Below are positions 8,843-19,199 of a DNA stretch of 52,569 nucleotides, piece after piece. Origin of the DNA: a virus (taxonomy: Duplodnaviria; Caudoviricetes). Each line of letters starts with the position of its first letter. Within the stretch, counting starts at the first letter, position 1. The notes beneath the pieces were generated by a model. That model saw only the letters and a list, made by a program, of their open reading frames with translations, ran no database searches and was not told the origin of the DNA. A program made the translations under genes and the position numbers. The stretch is from positions 1 to 52,569 of the IMG/VR virus record IMGVR_UViG_3300007513_000054; one strand, written 5' to 3'.

Positions 8843-9961
8843 ATGAAAGCTTTAGGTGGATTAAAATCATGGTTATCAAAATTCAAGAAAGTTGATAAAA
8901 GAAAAAAATTAGATATTGATTTATCAGCTGGTAAAGTTGATCCTGTTATTCAAAATTGGAAATTTTGGGATGCTAAATTATATATGGCTTCTAGTCCTGT
9001 TACATATTTTCCTGCATTGGAAGATATGTGGGATCGTCTTATGAATTTTGAAGAAGGATACACTAAGGATGTAATTCATATTAGTTCACCTGATAGATTT
9101 GATGGTGTTGTGGATTTTCAGAAAGGTACTACACAATTACCAGTTATGAGTAAGTTTACTGATTATTCTCTCCTCCAGGGTGGTGTTGCTACTGGTGGAG
9201 GTATTATTTTTCGTTTAAATGGAAAACCTGTTTTGGAGTTTGAGAATGATGTGTGGTCAGAATTAGATACAATGGGTATTAGATGGGTATCAATTCCTGC
9301 TCTATTTAAGGCTAATCCTATTGCTTTAGTCAAATTTACTGCTAAGTTTCTTGGTATGCGTAAGAGGATATATAAGGAATTGAAGAAGAAATATACTAAA
9401 ACACAGCATAATAATAGAGGTGATAAATTTTTTAGATTGTGTAGAAATTTTAGATCTACTGTTTTGGCTGGTATTTTAGGTAATGAAAATCCTAATCATA
9501 GATTAAAGGATAGAGGATTTCAAGATGTTCCATCTGCTGAAGCTATAGGTAATGCATTAAGGGAAGAGAAAGAAGCTACAGCTACAAATTGGGTAGATCA
9601 TAATAGAACTATTGTATCATTACAAGCAGAAGCTGCCGATCGTTATATTAGTGATTCTGAAGCACTCATTAAAAAAAGTATAGATGATTTTAAGGATGGT
9701 ATGGTGAATGGATTTCAGCCATGGCAATATTTTTCATCTGTTGGTAAATGGAATGAAATCTTTTTTACTAATTGGGTGATTAAGAAAGCTTATATTGTTG
9801 GTAATGCTGATAATCCAGAACAAATGGAAAATAAGATGATGACTGTAGAGGAATGTAAACAAAAATTATTGGATAAGGGTATTGCTAAATCTAATATAGT
9901 GATAATTACTCCTGGTGATTTTGAGAAAACATTTGGAGAATTTAAAGTGGAGAATTTTTAA
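8843..9961 (+). CDS. Paralog family member 1 (ADP-ribosyltransferase-like pattern)
   Basis: Shares 'GVATGGG', 'DVWSELD..G.RW', 'WNE' with ORFs 9961, 13198, 22368; SD GGAGG before ATG 8843. Confidence 0.6.
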   Translation: MKALGGLKSWLSKFKKVDKRKKLDIDLSAGKVDPVIQNWKFWDAKLYMASSPVTYFPALEDMWDRLMNFEEGYTKDVIHISSPDRFDGVVDFQKGTTQLPVMSKFTDYSLLQGGVATGGGIIFRLNGKPVLEFENDVWSELDTMGIRWVSIPALFKANPIALVKFTAKFLGMRKRIYKELKKKYTKTQHNNRGDKFFRLCRNFRSTVLAGILGNENPNHRLKDRGFQDVPSAEAIGNALREEKEATATNWVDHNRTIVSLQAEAADRYISDSEALIKKSIDDFKDGMVNGFQPWQYFSSVGKWNEIFFTNWVIKKAYIVGNADNPEQMENKMMTVEECKQKLLDKGIAKSNIVIITPGDFEKTFGEFKVENF

Positions 9962-11427
9962 TGCTTACATTGAAAGAAGCTATTGAAATAAGTGTTTTTA
10001 AAACCAGAAAGAGATATTTGATTGGAGAAGAACAACATATTCCTATCTCTAAGCCGATGTGGGATAGACTATTAGGCCAAAGGGAAAGAATTAAAGCTCT
10101 CCATCTTACTGATTTTGATGTTTATGGTGGAATGTTACAGCATCACAAAAAAAATAGCTCTCCTCAATTTTCTTTTATGGCTAGAATATCTAGTTTTAAT
10201 GTTATATCTAGAGGTATTGCCACACAAGGTGGAATAGTGTATGAGTGTACAGGATATCCTGTTATTCATGCAGGTTCTGATATTTATACAGAAGTAGATA
10301 AAGATGGAATGAGATGGATACCTATTTATAATTTAATGGGAGATTCAATAGATATAGCAGAAGATATTAAATATGATATAGATCAGATGCTTTTTAAGAA
10401 GTTCAAAGATATTGCTGGTCGTGATGATTATATTGTCAGAAAGTTATGTGAGTATGCAGGAGATCAGTCAAAAAGTAAAGGGGTAACAGTTCCTAAAGCG
10501 TTGATTACAATGGAACTTCCGAGTGGTTATTTCACTGATGAAGAAATTTCTGTACTAGGTAAATTGCAGTATGAAATGGTAAAGGAGTTTATGGAACAAA
10601 TAGAAGTAATACTTAAAAAGTATTTGCCTGATATTAAAAAGAGTTTGGAAGATAGATTCGTTGTTAAAGGTGATGGTCCAACAGTTGCCTTATGGGATGA
10701 AGTTATTTTAAATGATATAGAAATTGAAAATGCTTATTTCATACGAAGCATCACTAATAATTTAATAGATTCTCCTCAACCTTATTTTTTGAAAGGTTCT
10801 AATAAAAGTGCAAGAAGCAAGATAGAAGATGCTGAGAGTATTATTGAAAGAGCAATTGGTAAAAATGTTAAATATGTAGACGATAATGAAATACCTAGAA
10901 TATTCGGAGAATATCTGGATAAGGGAGAAGGTTTAGTGAAAGAATCTTATGAGCAGCAATTAGAAGATTATGTTGGTAATTTGCAGGAGAGTTGGGTTGA
11001 TTTTGGTAAAGGTATTATTGCAGCCCATCTTGCTAATTGGGGAATGGGAGAGGTTCAAAAATTTATTTCCGGATCAGGAATTGGTAAAAAAGCTGTTAAG
11101 TTGATTAATACTAAGTTACAGTTAGATTTAAATGATTGGCGTTCTGTTCTTGTTGATGCATCTACTAAAGAAAAATTAGATATTGCTGAGAAGTGTAAGG
11201 ATATTAATATGTTGTATCATATGGCATTTAATTGGCATCCTTTTAATAATGATATAAAAATGATACGTCGGACATTAGTTAAGAATCCTCAATTTGTTCA
11301 TCAATTAAAATTGAAATTGCTCCAACATATAGCACCTTTTGATGTTCATAGTAAAAAAAGAATTTATAAGCACCCTGCAGAATATGATTCTACCTTAGAA
11401 AAAAAATTGAAAAAAAGTATATTTTAG
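9961..11427 (+). CDS. Paralog family member 2 with C-terminal extension
   Basis: 'PISKPMWDR', 'KALHLT', 'GIATQGG', 'DKDGMRW', 'WDE'. Confidence 0.6.
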   Translation: MLTLKEAIEISVFKTRKRYLIGEEQHIPISKPMWDRLLGQRERIKALHLTDFDVYGGMLQHHKKNSSPQFSFMARISSFNVISRGIATQGGIVYECTGYPVIHAGSDIYTEVDKDGMRWIPIYNLMGDSIDIAEDIKYDIDQMLFKKFKDIAGRDDYIVRKLCEYAGDQSKSKGVTVPKALITMELPSGYFTDEEISVLGKLQYEMVKEFMEQIEVILKKYLPDIKKSLEDRFVVKGDGPTVALWDEVILNDIEIENAYFIRSITNNLIDSPQPYFLKGSNKSARSKIEDAESIIERAIGKNVKYVDDNEIPRIFGEYLDKGEGLVKESYEQQLEDYVGNLQESWVDFGKGIIAAHLANWGMGEVQKFISGSGIGKKAVKLINTKLQLDLNDWRSVLVDASTKEKLDIAEKCKDINMLYHMAFNWHPFNNDIKMIRRTLVKNPQFVHQLKLKLLQHIAPFDVHSKKRIYKHPAEYDSTLEKKLKKSIF

Positions 11428-11429
11428 CC

Positions 11430-11459
11430 TTGACATTCTCCTCTCAAATATGTTATAAT
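11430..11459 (+). promoter_or_regulatory. sigma70-type promoter of RNase H
   Basis: TTGACA-N18-TATAAT with extended TG, intergenic. Confidence 0.8.
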
Positions 11460-11488
11460 AAATAATATAAGAGATAGGAGAATTACTA

Positions 11489-12331
11489 ATGGCAATTCTT
11501 ATAGATTACAGTCAGGTATTCATCTCCAATATAATTAAACAATTAAATATGGGAACTATGGAAATTGAAGAAGATTTAGTGCGACATACTGTATTAAATA
11601 CTCTTAGATTTTATAGAACTAAGTTTAAAGATGAATATGGAGAAATTATAATTTGTTGTGATAATAGAAAATATTGGAGGCGGGATTTATTTAAATATTA
11701 TAAAGCACATAGAAAAAAGGCAAGAGAGGAATCTGATATAGATTGGAATGCTCTTTTTGGGTATTTAAATAAAATAAAGCAAGAAATTAAAGACAATTTT
11801 CCGTATATTATTATGGAAGTACAGTTTGCTGAAGCAGATGATATTATAGCTATTCTATCAGAGCATATCACAGCTAAAAATGTTATTGTTTCTAGTGATA
11901 AAGATTTTGGTCAATTGACTAAATTCTCTTGGGTTAATCAATATAGTCCTACAATAAAGGATTTTATTGTTATTGAAAACCCAGATGAGTTTAAACGTGA
12001 ACATATAATGAAAGGAGATCGAGGAGATGGTATACCTAATTTTCTTAGTAGCGATAGCTGCTTGGTCGATGGAATTCGCCAGACGCCTATTAATTATAGG
12101 AAAATCGATAATTGGAAAAAATTAAACCCAGAAATATTTTGTGATAGAAAAATGTTAAAAGGATATAAAAGAAATCAAAAATTAGTTGATTTTGATTTTA
12201 TACCTGAGAATATAAAAGAGGAAATATTAAATGAGTATATTAGTTATTTAAATAATGATAGAAGTAAGATATTTGATTATTTTATTGCTAATAATTTAAA
12301 ATATTTAATGGAACAAATTGGAGAATTTTAG
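11489..12331 (+). CDS. rnh: T4-like RNase H (5'-3' exonuclease)
   Basis: 'ILIDYSQ', 'YWRRD.F.YYKA.R', 'EADDII', 'SSDKDF.QL', 'GDRGDGIPN'. Confidence 0.95.
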   Translation: MAILIDYSQVFISNIIKQLNMGTMEIEEDLVRHTVLNTLRFYRTKFKDEYGEIIICCDNRKYWRRDLFKYYKAHRKKAREESDIDWNALFGYLNKIKQEIKDNFPYIIMEVQFAEADDIIAILSEHITAKNVIVSSDKDFGQLTKFSWVNQYSPTIKDFIVIENPDEFKREHIMKGDRGDGIPNFLSSDSCLVDGIRQTPINYRKIDNWKKLNPEIFCDRKMLKGYKRNQKLVDFDFIPENIKEEILNEYISYLNNDRSKIFDYFIANNLKYLMEQIGEF

Positions 12332-12332
12332 T

Positions 12333-12782
12333 ATGAGAAATATGCATGATGTGTTTAGTGAAATTGGTAATGAAAAGGCTATTAACAAGAAAGTAGCAAT
12401 TTTAAAAGAAAATGAAACAGATGGTATTAAAGCAGTATTACGTGGTACTTATGATTTAAGATTAAAGTGGTTAGTTCCTGATACAAAACCACCTTTTGAT
12501 GAAAATGAGGAAGAAGATTGGGAAAAGGTGGAGGGTAAATTAGAAAATGCTGCCAGTGCATTTTATTTTTATGTAGAGTTTAATGGTAAAATGCCTGATC
12601 AAGCCAAGACAATGAGTCAGATGAAACGTGAACAAATGTTTATTCAAATGTTAGAAGGTTTACATAAGGATGAAACAGAAGTAGTATTTGGAATGATACA
12701 ACGTAAATTGCCATACAAAGGTTTAACAGCCAGAGTTGCTAATAAAGCATTTCCTGGTTTAATTCCAGAGGAGTTTGAGTAA
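12333..12782 (+). CDS. Conserved T4-like hypothetical protein following RNase H
   Basis: 'KREQMFIQMLEGLH..E', 'YKGLT....KAFPGLI'. Confidence 0.75.
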   Translation: MRNMHDVFSEIGNEKAINKKVAILKENETDGIKAVLRGTYDLRLKWLVPDTKPPFDENEEEDWEKVEGKLENAASAFYFYVEFNGKMPDQAKTMSQMKREQMFIQMLEGLHKDETEVVFGMIQRKLPYKGLTARVANKAFPGLIPEEFE

Positions 12783-13024
12783 TGATGGAATTGGAAGATA
12801 GGATTGTTGAATTCATTTATGATGGAAATAGATGTCCAGGTGAAGTAATTGAATTTGTAATCAGAACTAATATCACCGTCATGGTTGGCGGTGATAAGAC
12901 CAATTTATATAAATTTAATTATATAGGAGATAACACATGGCAGACGGAAGACGAAAGGGGAATACTAGAAGGGTGGAACTTCGACCCAAATCAAAGAGCG
13001 AATTGGGTGAAAGTCAAAAGATAA
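12782..13024 (+). CDS. Hypothetical protein
   Basis: TAATG coupling with upstream gene. Confidence 0.5.
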   Translation: MMELEDRIVEFIYDGNRCPGEVIEFVIRTNITVMVGGDKTNLYKFNYIGDNTWQTEDERGILEGWNFDPNQRANWVKVKR

Positions 13025-13197
13025 AATTAAAGGCTTGTATAGAAGTATCTGTTCGTACTGCTAAAGATTTACAGCATTTTGGAAGATATGTTGATATTGT
13101 GGATTTAGCATATTATATAAATATGCGTGAAAACGAGACTATTGAATATGATATTGTTCGTGATGTGTATGAGGAATATGTAGCGGAGAATAGTTAA
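12937..13197 (+). CDS. Hypothetical protein (start uncertain)
   Basis: SD AGGAG before ATG; stop abuts next ORF. Confidence 0.4.
   Translation: MADGRRKGNTRRVELRPKSKSELGESQKIKLKACIEVSVRTAKDLQHFGRYVDIVDLAYYINMRENETIEYDIVRDVYEEYVAENS
13116..13123 (+). promoter_or_regulatory. Possible T4-type late promoter TATAAATA for ORF 13198
   Basis: Exact motif about 75 nt upstream, inside the upstream ORF. Confidence 0.4.
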
Positions 13198-14286
13198 ATG
13201 TTAAATTTTAAAGATTTTCTTACAGAGGAAGGGTTTTATGATGATAAACCCCAGCCTTATGAAAATTGGCTTTTGCCGGGATATATGCTACCTTTTCCTG
13301 CCTCAAGACCGATGATTGAAAGAATTGTTGGTGAGTTAGAACAAACTAAAGCATTGCATGTTACTAATCTTGAAGGATTAGAAGGTCTTGGTAGTATTGA
13401 AGGTACTGCTAAACAATTATCAGTTTTTACTCTTTTAGAATCTGCTAGAAATGCTAGAGGTATGGCTCAAGGTGTAGCCACTAGTGGTGGCATTATAGTT
13501 GAGTTAGAGGGTAAGATAGTTGTTCTTTCTACCAGTGATGTTTGGTCAAGTTCTGATGCGGATGGTACCAGATGGTTTGATCTTAATAGATTTGATGGAA
13601 GAACTATGAGTGGTGATTCTTTGCTTAAGGATTATACTAAGAAATTGGAAAGATTTCGTAATGAAGTTATGAATGATTATCTTAATGATAAAGAATATGA
13701 TGAAGCAATGGAGAGAACAACAAAAGAATTTCCACAAAATAGTAATTTTCCAAAACATGCAGAATTAAAAGAGTATGCCAATTCTAGTAATTTTAGAGGA
13801 TTTGGTATTACAATTCTTGAGTTAAAGAAAGGATTAGCCAAGTGGAGTTTTGGTTGGTCATTTTCTAATGATCCTGCTAATGCCAGTATAATAGAAGATT
13901 TTGAAAAGGCAAAGAAAGGTTTAGGTCAATGGTTATATAGATCTACTAAGAAGTTTTATGATTTAGCTGAAGAAACATTTAAAGATTGGAAGGGTGAATT
14001 TATTATGTTGTTCGTTGAAGGTGATCAACGAACATATAATGAAGGTATTATGACACAGTTTTTAGTAAAAGGTGTGTATTATAATATAGGAGGAGGACCT
14101 GGTGTAGGATTTGATATGTCATATAATGAATCAGAGATTAGAGATATTGCTAGTAAGTTTAGAGGTAGACCAGTAGTTAAAGGTATACAATATGATAGTT
14201 GGCCTAGTTTTTATGAGGACTGGAAACAGAAAGCTGGAAAGAATAATAGTTATTATTTAGGTAGAAGTCAAGAGGAGTATAGTTAA
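13198..14286 (+). CDS. Paralog family member 3 with capsid-targeting-like N-terminus
   Basis: 'MLNFKDFLTE', 'KALHVT', 'QLSVFT', 'GVATSGG', 'DADGTRW', 'YNEG'. Confidence 0.65.
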   Translation: MLNFKDFLTEEGFYDDKPQPYENWLLPGYMLPFPASRPMIERIVGELEQTKALHVTNLEGLEGLGSIEGTAKQLSVFTLLESARNARGMAQGVATSGGIIVELEGKIVVLSTSDVWSSSDADGTRWFDLNRFDGRTMSGDSLLKDYTKKLERFRNEVMNDYLNDKEYDEAMERTTKEFPQNSNFPKHAELKEYANSSNFRGFGITILELKKGLAKWSFGWSFSNDPANASIIEDFEKAKKGLGQWLYRSTKKFYDLAEETFKDWKGEFIMLFVEGDQRTYNEGIMTQFLVKGVYYNIGGGPGVGFDMSYNESEIRDIASKFRGRPVVKGIQYDSWPSFYEDWKQKAGKNNSYYLGRSQEEYS

Positions 14287-14642
14287 TGAAATATGTATTA
14301 GAAGATTTTTTCCGAATGGTTACACCACGCATTGCAGATGCGGGCAGGTTTAAGAAAACTGGTAATGTTTGGTTGCTTATATCATCTCCTGGTGATACAG
14401 AAGATATAGCAAATAGTGTTGCAACTGATAAATCAGTTATGATTGAGTATGATCCTGTTTCTCAGATTATTGCAAATATAAATATATCTGTCTGGAATGA
14501 AGAAGATAATTCTGATACTATAGCAATTTATACTCAGACAAACGAATATTCACATATTTCTTCAATTGTGGATATTGTTGATTGGAATGATATAATTGAG
14601 CTTTGTAGGGAATATGTCAATGTAGGAGGATTAAGAGGATGA
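14286..14642 (+). CDS. Hypothetical protein
   Basis: Translationally coupled ORF. Confidence 0.55.
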   Translation: MKYVLEDFFRMVTPRIADAGRFKKTGNVWLLISSPGDTEDIANSVATDKSVMIEYDPVSQIIANINISVWNEEDNSDTIAIYTQTNEYSHISSIVDIVDWNDIIELCREYVNVGGLRG

Positions 14643-14890
14643 AACTCATTCGCTTGGAATCTTTTCCTAAAACTGATTGGGAAGACATTATTAGTAAAGA
14701 GATAACATATCGTAGTCCAGTGGATTTTGAATTTCCACCTAATGATTTGAAAGAAGTTCTTGCTATAATGAAAAAATTGGAGATTCCATGGTTGGATGAG
14801 AATAGAAAAAAGGGTGGTGGTAAATTTTTAATTGGTCCTCTATTACGTGTTTATGATGATGGATGGATTTTGAGAAAAAGACGTGTTTAG
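14639..14890 (+). CDS. Hypothetical protein
   Basis: ATGA overlap, SD. Confidence 0.55.
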   Translation: MKLIRLESFPKTDWEDIISKEITYRSPVDFEFPPNDLKEVLAIMKKLEIPWLDENRKKGGGKFLIGPLLRVYDDGWILRKRRV

Positions 14891-15030
14891 AAAATTATTA
14901 ATAAAATTGGGATTGAGTCCCAGTGTGTCTTATCTTTCAGCTTATGTAGTTAATTGGACGATTATTGGATTAGCATGTTTTGTTATTACTAGATACGGTA
15001 TATTAATATTATGGAGATTATTTAATTAAT

Positions 15031-15591
15031 ATGGAAAAGAAAACGTGGTTTATTGATATAGATGGTACCTTAGTTGAACATAGAAATAATGATGAGTTAG
15101 ATGAAGTGTTGAATATTTTGAAAGGTATATATTTACCAGCAGATAAGTATAGTTTTTCTAATATTCCGATGTGGAAATGTCCAATTGGAGAATTTAGAGA
15201 ATTGATGTTGCCGGATAGTAGAGAGTTTATGAATAAGATTCCTCGTAATGATTATATTATTCTTACTACCGCCAGAGAATATAGACATCAATGGCAAACA
15301 GAGGAATTTTTACGTAGAAATAATGTACAGTGGGATAAGATAATTTATGCCTTACCTAGTGGTAGAAGAATATTAATTAATGATTCTGATGAATCTGGAG
15401 AAGTTAAAGCATATGGAATACCTGTTACTAGAAATTCTGGTGTAAGGTCTGAGGATGTAACAGCACATTTATATTGGAATAATTTTAGATATCAGGATGT
15501 AGAAAATGATTCATTTCTGCATAAAGATGCAGAACATCATAAACAACAACATGATAGTATGATACAACAAGAATTTGAATGGGAATGGTAA
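15031..15591 (+). CDS. HAD-superfamily phosphatase
   Basis: Motif I 'FIDIDGTL', motif II 'LTTAR', 'GRRILIND'. Confidence 0.8.
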   Translation: MEKKTWFIDIDGTLVEHRNNDELDEVLNILKGIYLPADKYSFSNIPMWKCPIGEFRELMLPDSREFMNKIPRNDYIILTTAREYRHQWQTEEFLRRNNVQWDKIIYALPSGRRILINDSDESGEVKAYGIPVTRNSGVRSEDVTAHLYWNNFRYQDVENDSFLHKDAEHHKQQHDSMIQQEFEWEW

Positions 15592-15611
15592 ATATAAAGG
15601 AGTAATTCGTT

Positions 15612-16874
15612 ATGGAAACAGATACCTTAGCTTTGCTTAGAGATCACAGTAATATTTTATGGACATGTCTTGCCGCTTTTTTGGTATTCTTTATGCAAGC
15701 AGGATTTGCTTTAGTTGAATCAGGATTTACTAGAGCAAAGAATGTTTGTAATATCATCATGAAAAATTTAATGGATGTTTCAATAGGATCTATTGTTTTT
15801 TGGATGTTTGGTTTTGGTTTAATGTTTGGAATTAGTAATGGTTATATAGGCGAGAATATGTTTTTGTTTGATGGAGGAAGTGAGAAGGCTATAGCAACAG
15901 GTAATTCAGTTGGATTTAATTGGGCCTTTTTGTTGTTTCAAACTGTGTTTTGTGCAACGGCTGCAACAATTGTTAGTGGTGCAGTAGCAGAAAGAACAAA
16001 ATTTATTGCCTATTTGGCATATTCTGTTGTAATATGTGGATTTATTTATCCTATTTTCGGATCATGGGCATGGGGTGGACTTTATGCTGGTGGTGGTTGG
16101 TTAGAGAATATGGGATTTTTAGATTTTGCTGGTTCAACTGTTGTTCATTCTATTGGTGGTTGGGCTGCATTAGCAGGAGCAATGGTAATTGGCGCAAGAC
16201 ATGGCAAATATCTTTCTGATGGGAAAGTAGGATTTTTGCAACCCCATAATGTTCCAATGGGTGCATTGGGAGTATTTATTCTTTGGTTAGGATGGTTTGG
16301 ATTCAATGCTGGTAGTACAACTGCAGTTGGTGGAGATTTAGCATTTATTGCATTGATTACAAATCTTGCGGCATGTGGTGGTGCATTGGGTGCTGGAATG
16401 ATTAGTTGGTTTTTACACAAAAAACCAGATCCTACATTAGCATTGAATGGTGCATTAGCTGGATTAGTTTCAATTACTGCTGGATGTGATATAATGTCTC
16501 CTGGAGCCGCAATATTAACTGGATTTGTTGGTGGTTGTATTGTAGTATTTGCTGTTAGATTGTTTGATATGCTTAGAATTGATGATCCTGTTGGAGCAAT
16601 ATCGGTTCATGGTGTCTGTGGTGCTTGGGGTACAATAGCAATAGGATTGCTTAGTTCTCAAGCAGGATGGAAACAATTGGGAATACAATCAATTGGTGTT
16701 CTTGTTGCATTTGTATGGTCGTTTGGACTCAGTTTAGTTATGTTTTTATTAATTAAACATACAATTGGACTAAGAGTGAGTGAAGAAGATGAATTAGCAG
16801 GATTAGATGAAACGGAACATGGAGTTTCTGGTTATCAAATTCCTGTAACTGATAGTACTGTATCGTTAAACTGA
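15612..16874 (+). CDS. amt: Ammonium transporter (Amt family)
   Basis: 'FMQAGFALVESG', 'DFAGSTVVH', 'WLGWFGFNAGS', 'DDPVGAISVHG'; multi-TM profile. Confidence 0.97.
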   Translation: METDTLALLRDHSNILWTCLAAFLVFFMQAGFALVESGFTRAKNVCNIIMKNLMDVSIGSIVFWMFGFGLMFGISNGYIGENMFLFDGGSEKAIATGNSVGFNWAFLLFQTVFCATAATIVSGAVAERTKFIAYLAYSVVICGFIYPIFGSWAWGGLYAGGGWLENMGFLDFAGSTVVHSIGGWAALAGAMVIGARHGKYLSDGKVGFLQPHNVPMGALGVFILWLGWFGFNAGSTTAVGGDLAFIALITNLAACGGALGAGMISWFLHKKPDPTLALNGALAGLVSITAGCDIMSPGAAILTGFVGGCIVVFAVRLFDMLRIDDPVGAISVHGVCGAWGTIAIGLLSSQAGWKQLGIQSIGVLVAFVWSFGLSLVMFLLIKHTIGLRVSEEDELAGLDETEHGVSGYQIPVTDSTVSLN

Positions 16875-17095
16875 TGCCATTTTATATTTACAGATGTCTT
16901 AAATGTAAAAAGCATTTAGAGATACAACAAAAAATAACAGATACTAGAATTGAGAATTGTGGACAATATTGTGAAGAACCTTATTCCGAGTCAACTGGCC
17001 CATTAAATGGGCCAGTGAAAATAGTATTACAGCCAATTCATACTATTTTTAAAGGGTCAGGATTTTATGAAACTGATTATAAAAAGAAAAAATGA
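16874..17095 (+). CDS. FmdB-family zinc-ribbon protein
   Basis: 'MPFYIYRCLKC', 'FKGSGFYETDY'. Confidence 0.85.
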   Translation: MPFYIYRCLKCKKHLEIQQKITDTRIENCGQYCEEPYSESTGPLNGPVKIVLQPIHTIFKGSGFYETDYKKKK

Positions 17096-17187
17096 GATGT
17101 GGAGTAAAATTATGGCTTATGTGATTATATCTTGTTGGTTTTTAAATGCTCTATTTTGGCTTTTTGTTATGCTAAAGGATTTTAAAA

Positions 17188-17373
17188 ATGGTGGTAAAAA
17201 TTGAAGACGTGAAACAAGAAAATGAGGAATTAAAAGAAGCTTATTATAACTTAGAAATGAAATATATGAAATTGCAAAAGGAAGTTGTAATATTGCAGAG
17301 ACTTGTTGATAGAGTCCGAAATAAAGAAAATTCTAATATTCCAGTTAAAGATACAAAATTTCAAGGACCGTAA
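17188..17373 (+). CDS. Small coiled-coil protein
   Basis: Heptad pattern. Confidence 0.5.
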   Translation: MVVKIEDVKQENEELKEAYYNLEMKYMKLQKEVVILQRLVDRVRNKENSNIPVKDTKFQGP

Positions 17374-17828
17374 TGGTATTATCTTTGTTTCAACGTTTTA
17401 CTGAGAAAAAGTGGAGCGAATTTACTTTATTTGGTAAAATCAGGATGATATGGTTTGGTCCACCAACTCTTATTTGTTGGTTGAGTTCTCCTGTTTTATT
17501 TGTGATTGCATTGATAACTTGGAGTGCAAAATTTGCTGAATACGGAGGCATGGCAGTTTTACTTGGTTATGTTGGTTTATTTTTATCAGGAATAAAAACT
17601 ATTAAGGAAGCAGGTAAGTTTTTCGTTTCTGAGGACTTACATGGTTCTAAATTAGGAGCCATTGGCGGTGGTCTTAGTTCCATGATACTTGAGATAGTAG
17701 GTCATTTTGTAATGTATTTTCTATGGGATAAGAAAGATAAAACTAGGAGAGAGGCAAATAAGTTTAGTAAAAAATGGAAAGAGAATATGAAAAAACAACA
17801 AGAGCTTAATAGGGAAAGGGATGAGTGA
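17373..17828 (+). CDS. Hypothetical membrane protein
   Basis: Three hydrophobic segments. Confidence 0.6.
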   Translation: MVLSLFQRFTEKKWSEFTLFGKIRMIWFGPPTLICWLSSPVLFVIALITWSAKFAEYGGMAVLLGYVGLFLSGIKTIKEAGKFFVSEDLHGSKLGAIGGGLSSMILEIVGHFVMYFLWDKKDKTRREANKFSKKWKENMKKQQELNRERDE

Positions 17829-17896
17829 TTTTGAGTTAATTTGCATACTTGTTTTGTGTGCATTAATCATTTTACAAAATTAAATAGGAATAAATC

Positions 17897-18241
17897 ATGT
17901 ATGAATATAATGTAAAGGTGACTAAAGTGGTTGATGGTGATACTATAGATCTTATGGTTGATCTCGGATTCAATACCTGGAAGCATGTTCGTTGTCGGAT
18001 GTACGGGATTAATGCTCCTGAAAGTAGAACTAGAGATTTAGTAGAGAAGAAATTGGGTTTGGCTGCTAAAGTTAGATTAATTGAACTTGTAGATGTTGAA
18101 GATTTAAGATTAGTATCTCATGGTGTTGGTAAATATGGTAGATGTTTGGGTGAAATATTTGTAGGAGATAATCCTATTTCAGTTAATCATCAATTAGTGG
18201 AAGAAGGTCATGGAGTAGAATATTATGGTGGAAAGCGTTAA
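17897..18241 (+). CDS. Thermonuclease (SNase-like)
   Basis: 'KVVDGDTID', 'RMYGINAPE', 'GKYGRCL'. Confidence 0.92.
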   Translation: MYEYNVKVTKVVDGDTIDLMVDLGFNTWKHVRCRMYGINAPESRTRDLVEKKLGLAAKVRLIELVDVEDLRLVSHGVGKYGRCLGEIFVGDNPISVNHQLVEEGHGVEYYGGKR

Positions 18242-18495
18242 TGGATCATGATAGTATAAGACATCATGCAGGATATGTCAGTGAACAGCAAGTTATACAT
18301 AAATGTTTAGGAACTTATCAGGATATTTTTCGTAATATGCCATTAAAATGGTATGTGCAAAATATTTATGATAGTGTGAATCGTAAGGGTTATAATATTT
18401 CTTACAAAGATGTTTATCTCACAGTACGATATTTCATGAAGGACGAAAGAGAAACTTGTCCTCATTGTTATGGAGAAATAGATATTAAATTATGA
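18241..18495 (+). CDS. Hypothetical protein (C-terminal CxxC)
   Basis: Coupled ORF; 'CPHC'. Confidence 0.5.
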   Translation: MDHDSIRHHAGYVSEQQVIHKCLGTYQDIFRNMPLKWYVQNIYDSVNRKGYNISYKDVYLTVRYFMKDERETCPHCYGEIDIKL

Positions 18496-19109
18496 ATGTA
18501 ACGATGTTAGAGAAGATGGGTTCTGATTTAACTGTAGTTAATGCAGCCAGAGTATCATTTGGAAAGAAAAAGACTAAATTTACTAAACAAGATGAAAAAC
18601 TTATCAAATATCTTGCTAAACATAATCATTGGACACCTTTTGGTCATTGTAGTGTACAGTTTCATATCAATGCTCCTGTTTTTGTTGCTCGTCAATTGGT
18701 CAAACATCAAGTAGGATTAATATGGAATGAGGTTAGTAGAAGATATGTTGATACTACACCAGAAATTTATACTCCTGATGAATGGCGAGGACGTGCAGAA
18801 GATAAAAAGCAAGGATCATCTGGTGTTGTTAAAAAGAGATGTTTGGAGTATGAATCGTTGAGTAAAACTATGGTTGGTGCTTATGAGAGATTATTAGAGG
18901 AAGGAGTATGTCCAGAACAAGCACGTATGATATTACCACAGTCAATGATGACAGAGTGGTATTGGTCAGGCACATTAATGGCATTTGCTAGAGTGTGCAA
19001 TTTAAGATGTAAACCTGACACGCAATTAGAAACACAACAGATTGGCAATCAGATAGATGACCTGATGAAATTAGAATTTCCTGTTTCATGGGAGGCATTG
19101 AGAAAATAA
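18492..19109 (+). CDS. thyX: FAD-dependent thymidylate synthase
   Basis: 'VVNAARVS', 'HWTPF', 'ARQLVKHQ...NEVSRRY', 'EQARMILP'. Confidence 0.96.
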   Translation: MNVTMLEKMGSDLTVVNAARVSFGKKKTKFTKQDEKLIKYLAKHNHWTPFGHCSVQFHINAPVFVARQLVKHQVGLIWNEVSRRYVDTTPEIYTPDEWRGRAEDKKQGSSGVVKKRCLEYESLSKTMVGAYERLLEEGVCPEQARMILPQSMMTEWYWSGTLMAFARVCNLRCKPDTQLETQQIGNQIDDLMKLEFPVSWEALRK

Positions 19110-19199
19110 TGATTAATGATAGTTATTGGTGGATATGTACTGTAGGTCTAATGCTTATATTCTTTTTATGGACATTTACATTAAGAGGATGTTAAAGTT

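Noticed and set aside
14477-14484. Late promoter TATAAATA inside ORF 14286
   Set aside because: Mid-gene, not near a start; likely chance in AT-rich DNA.
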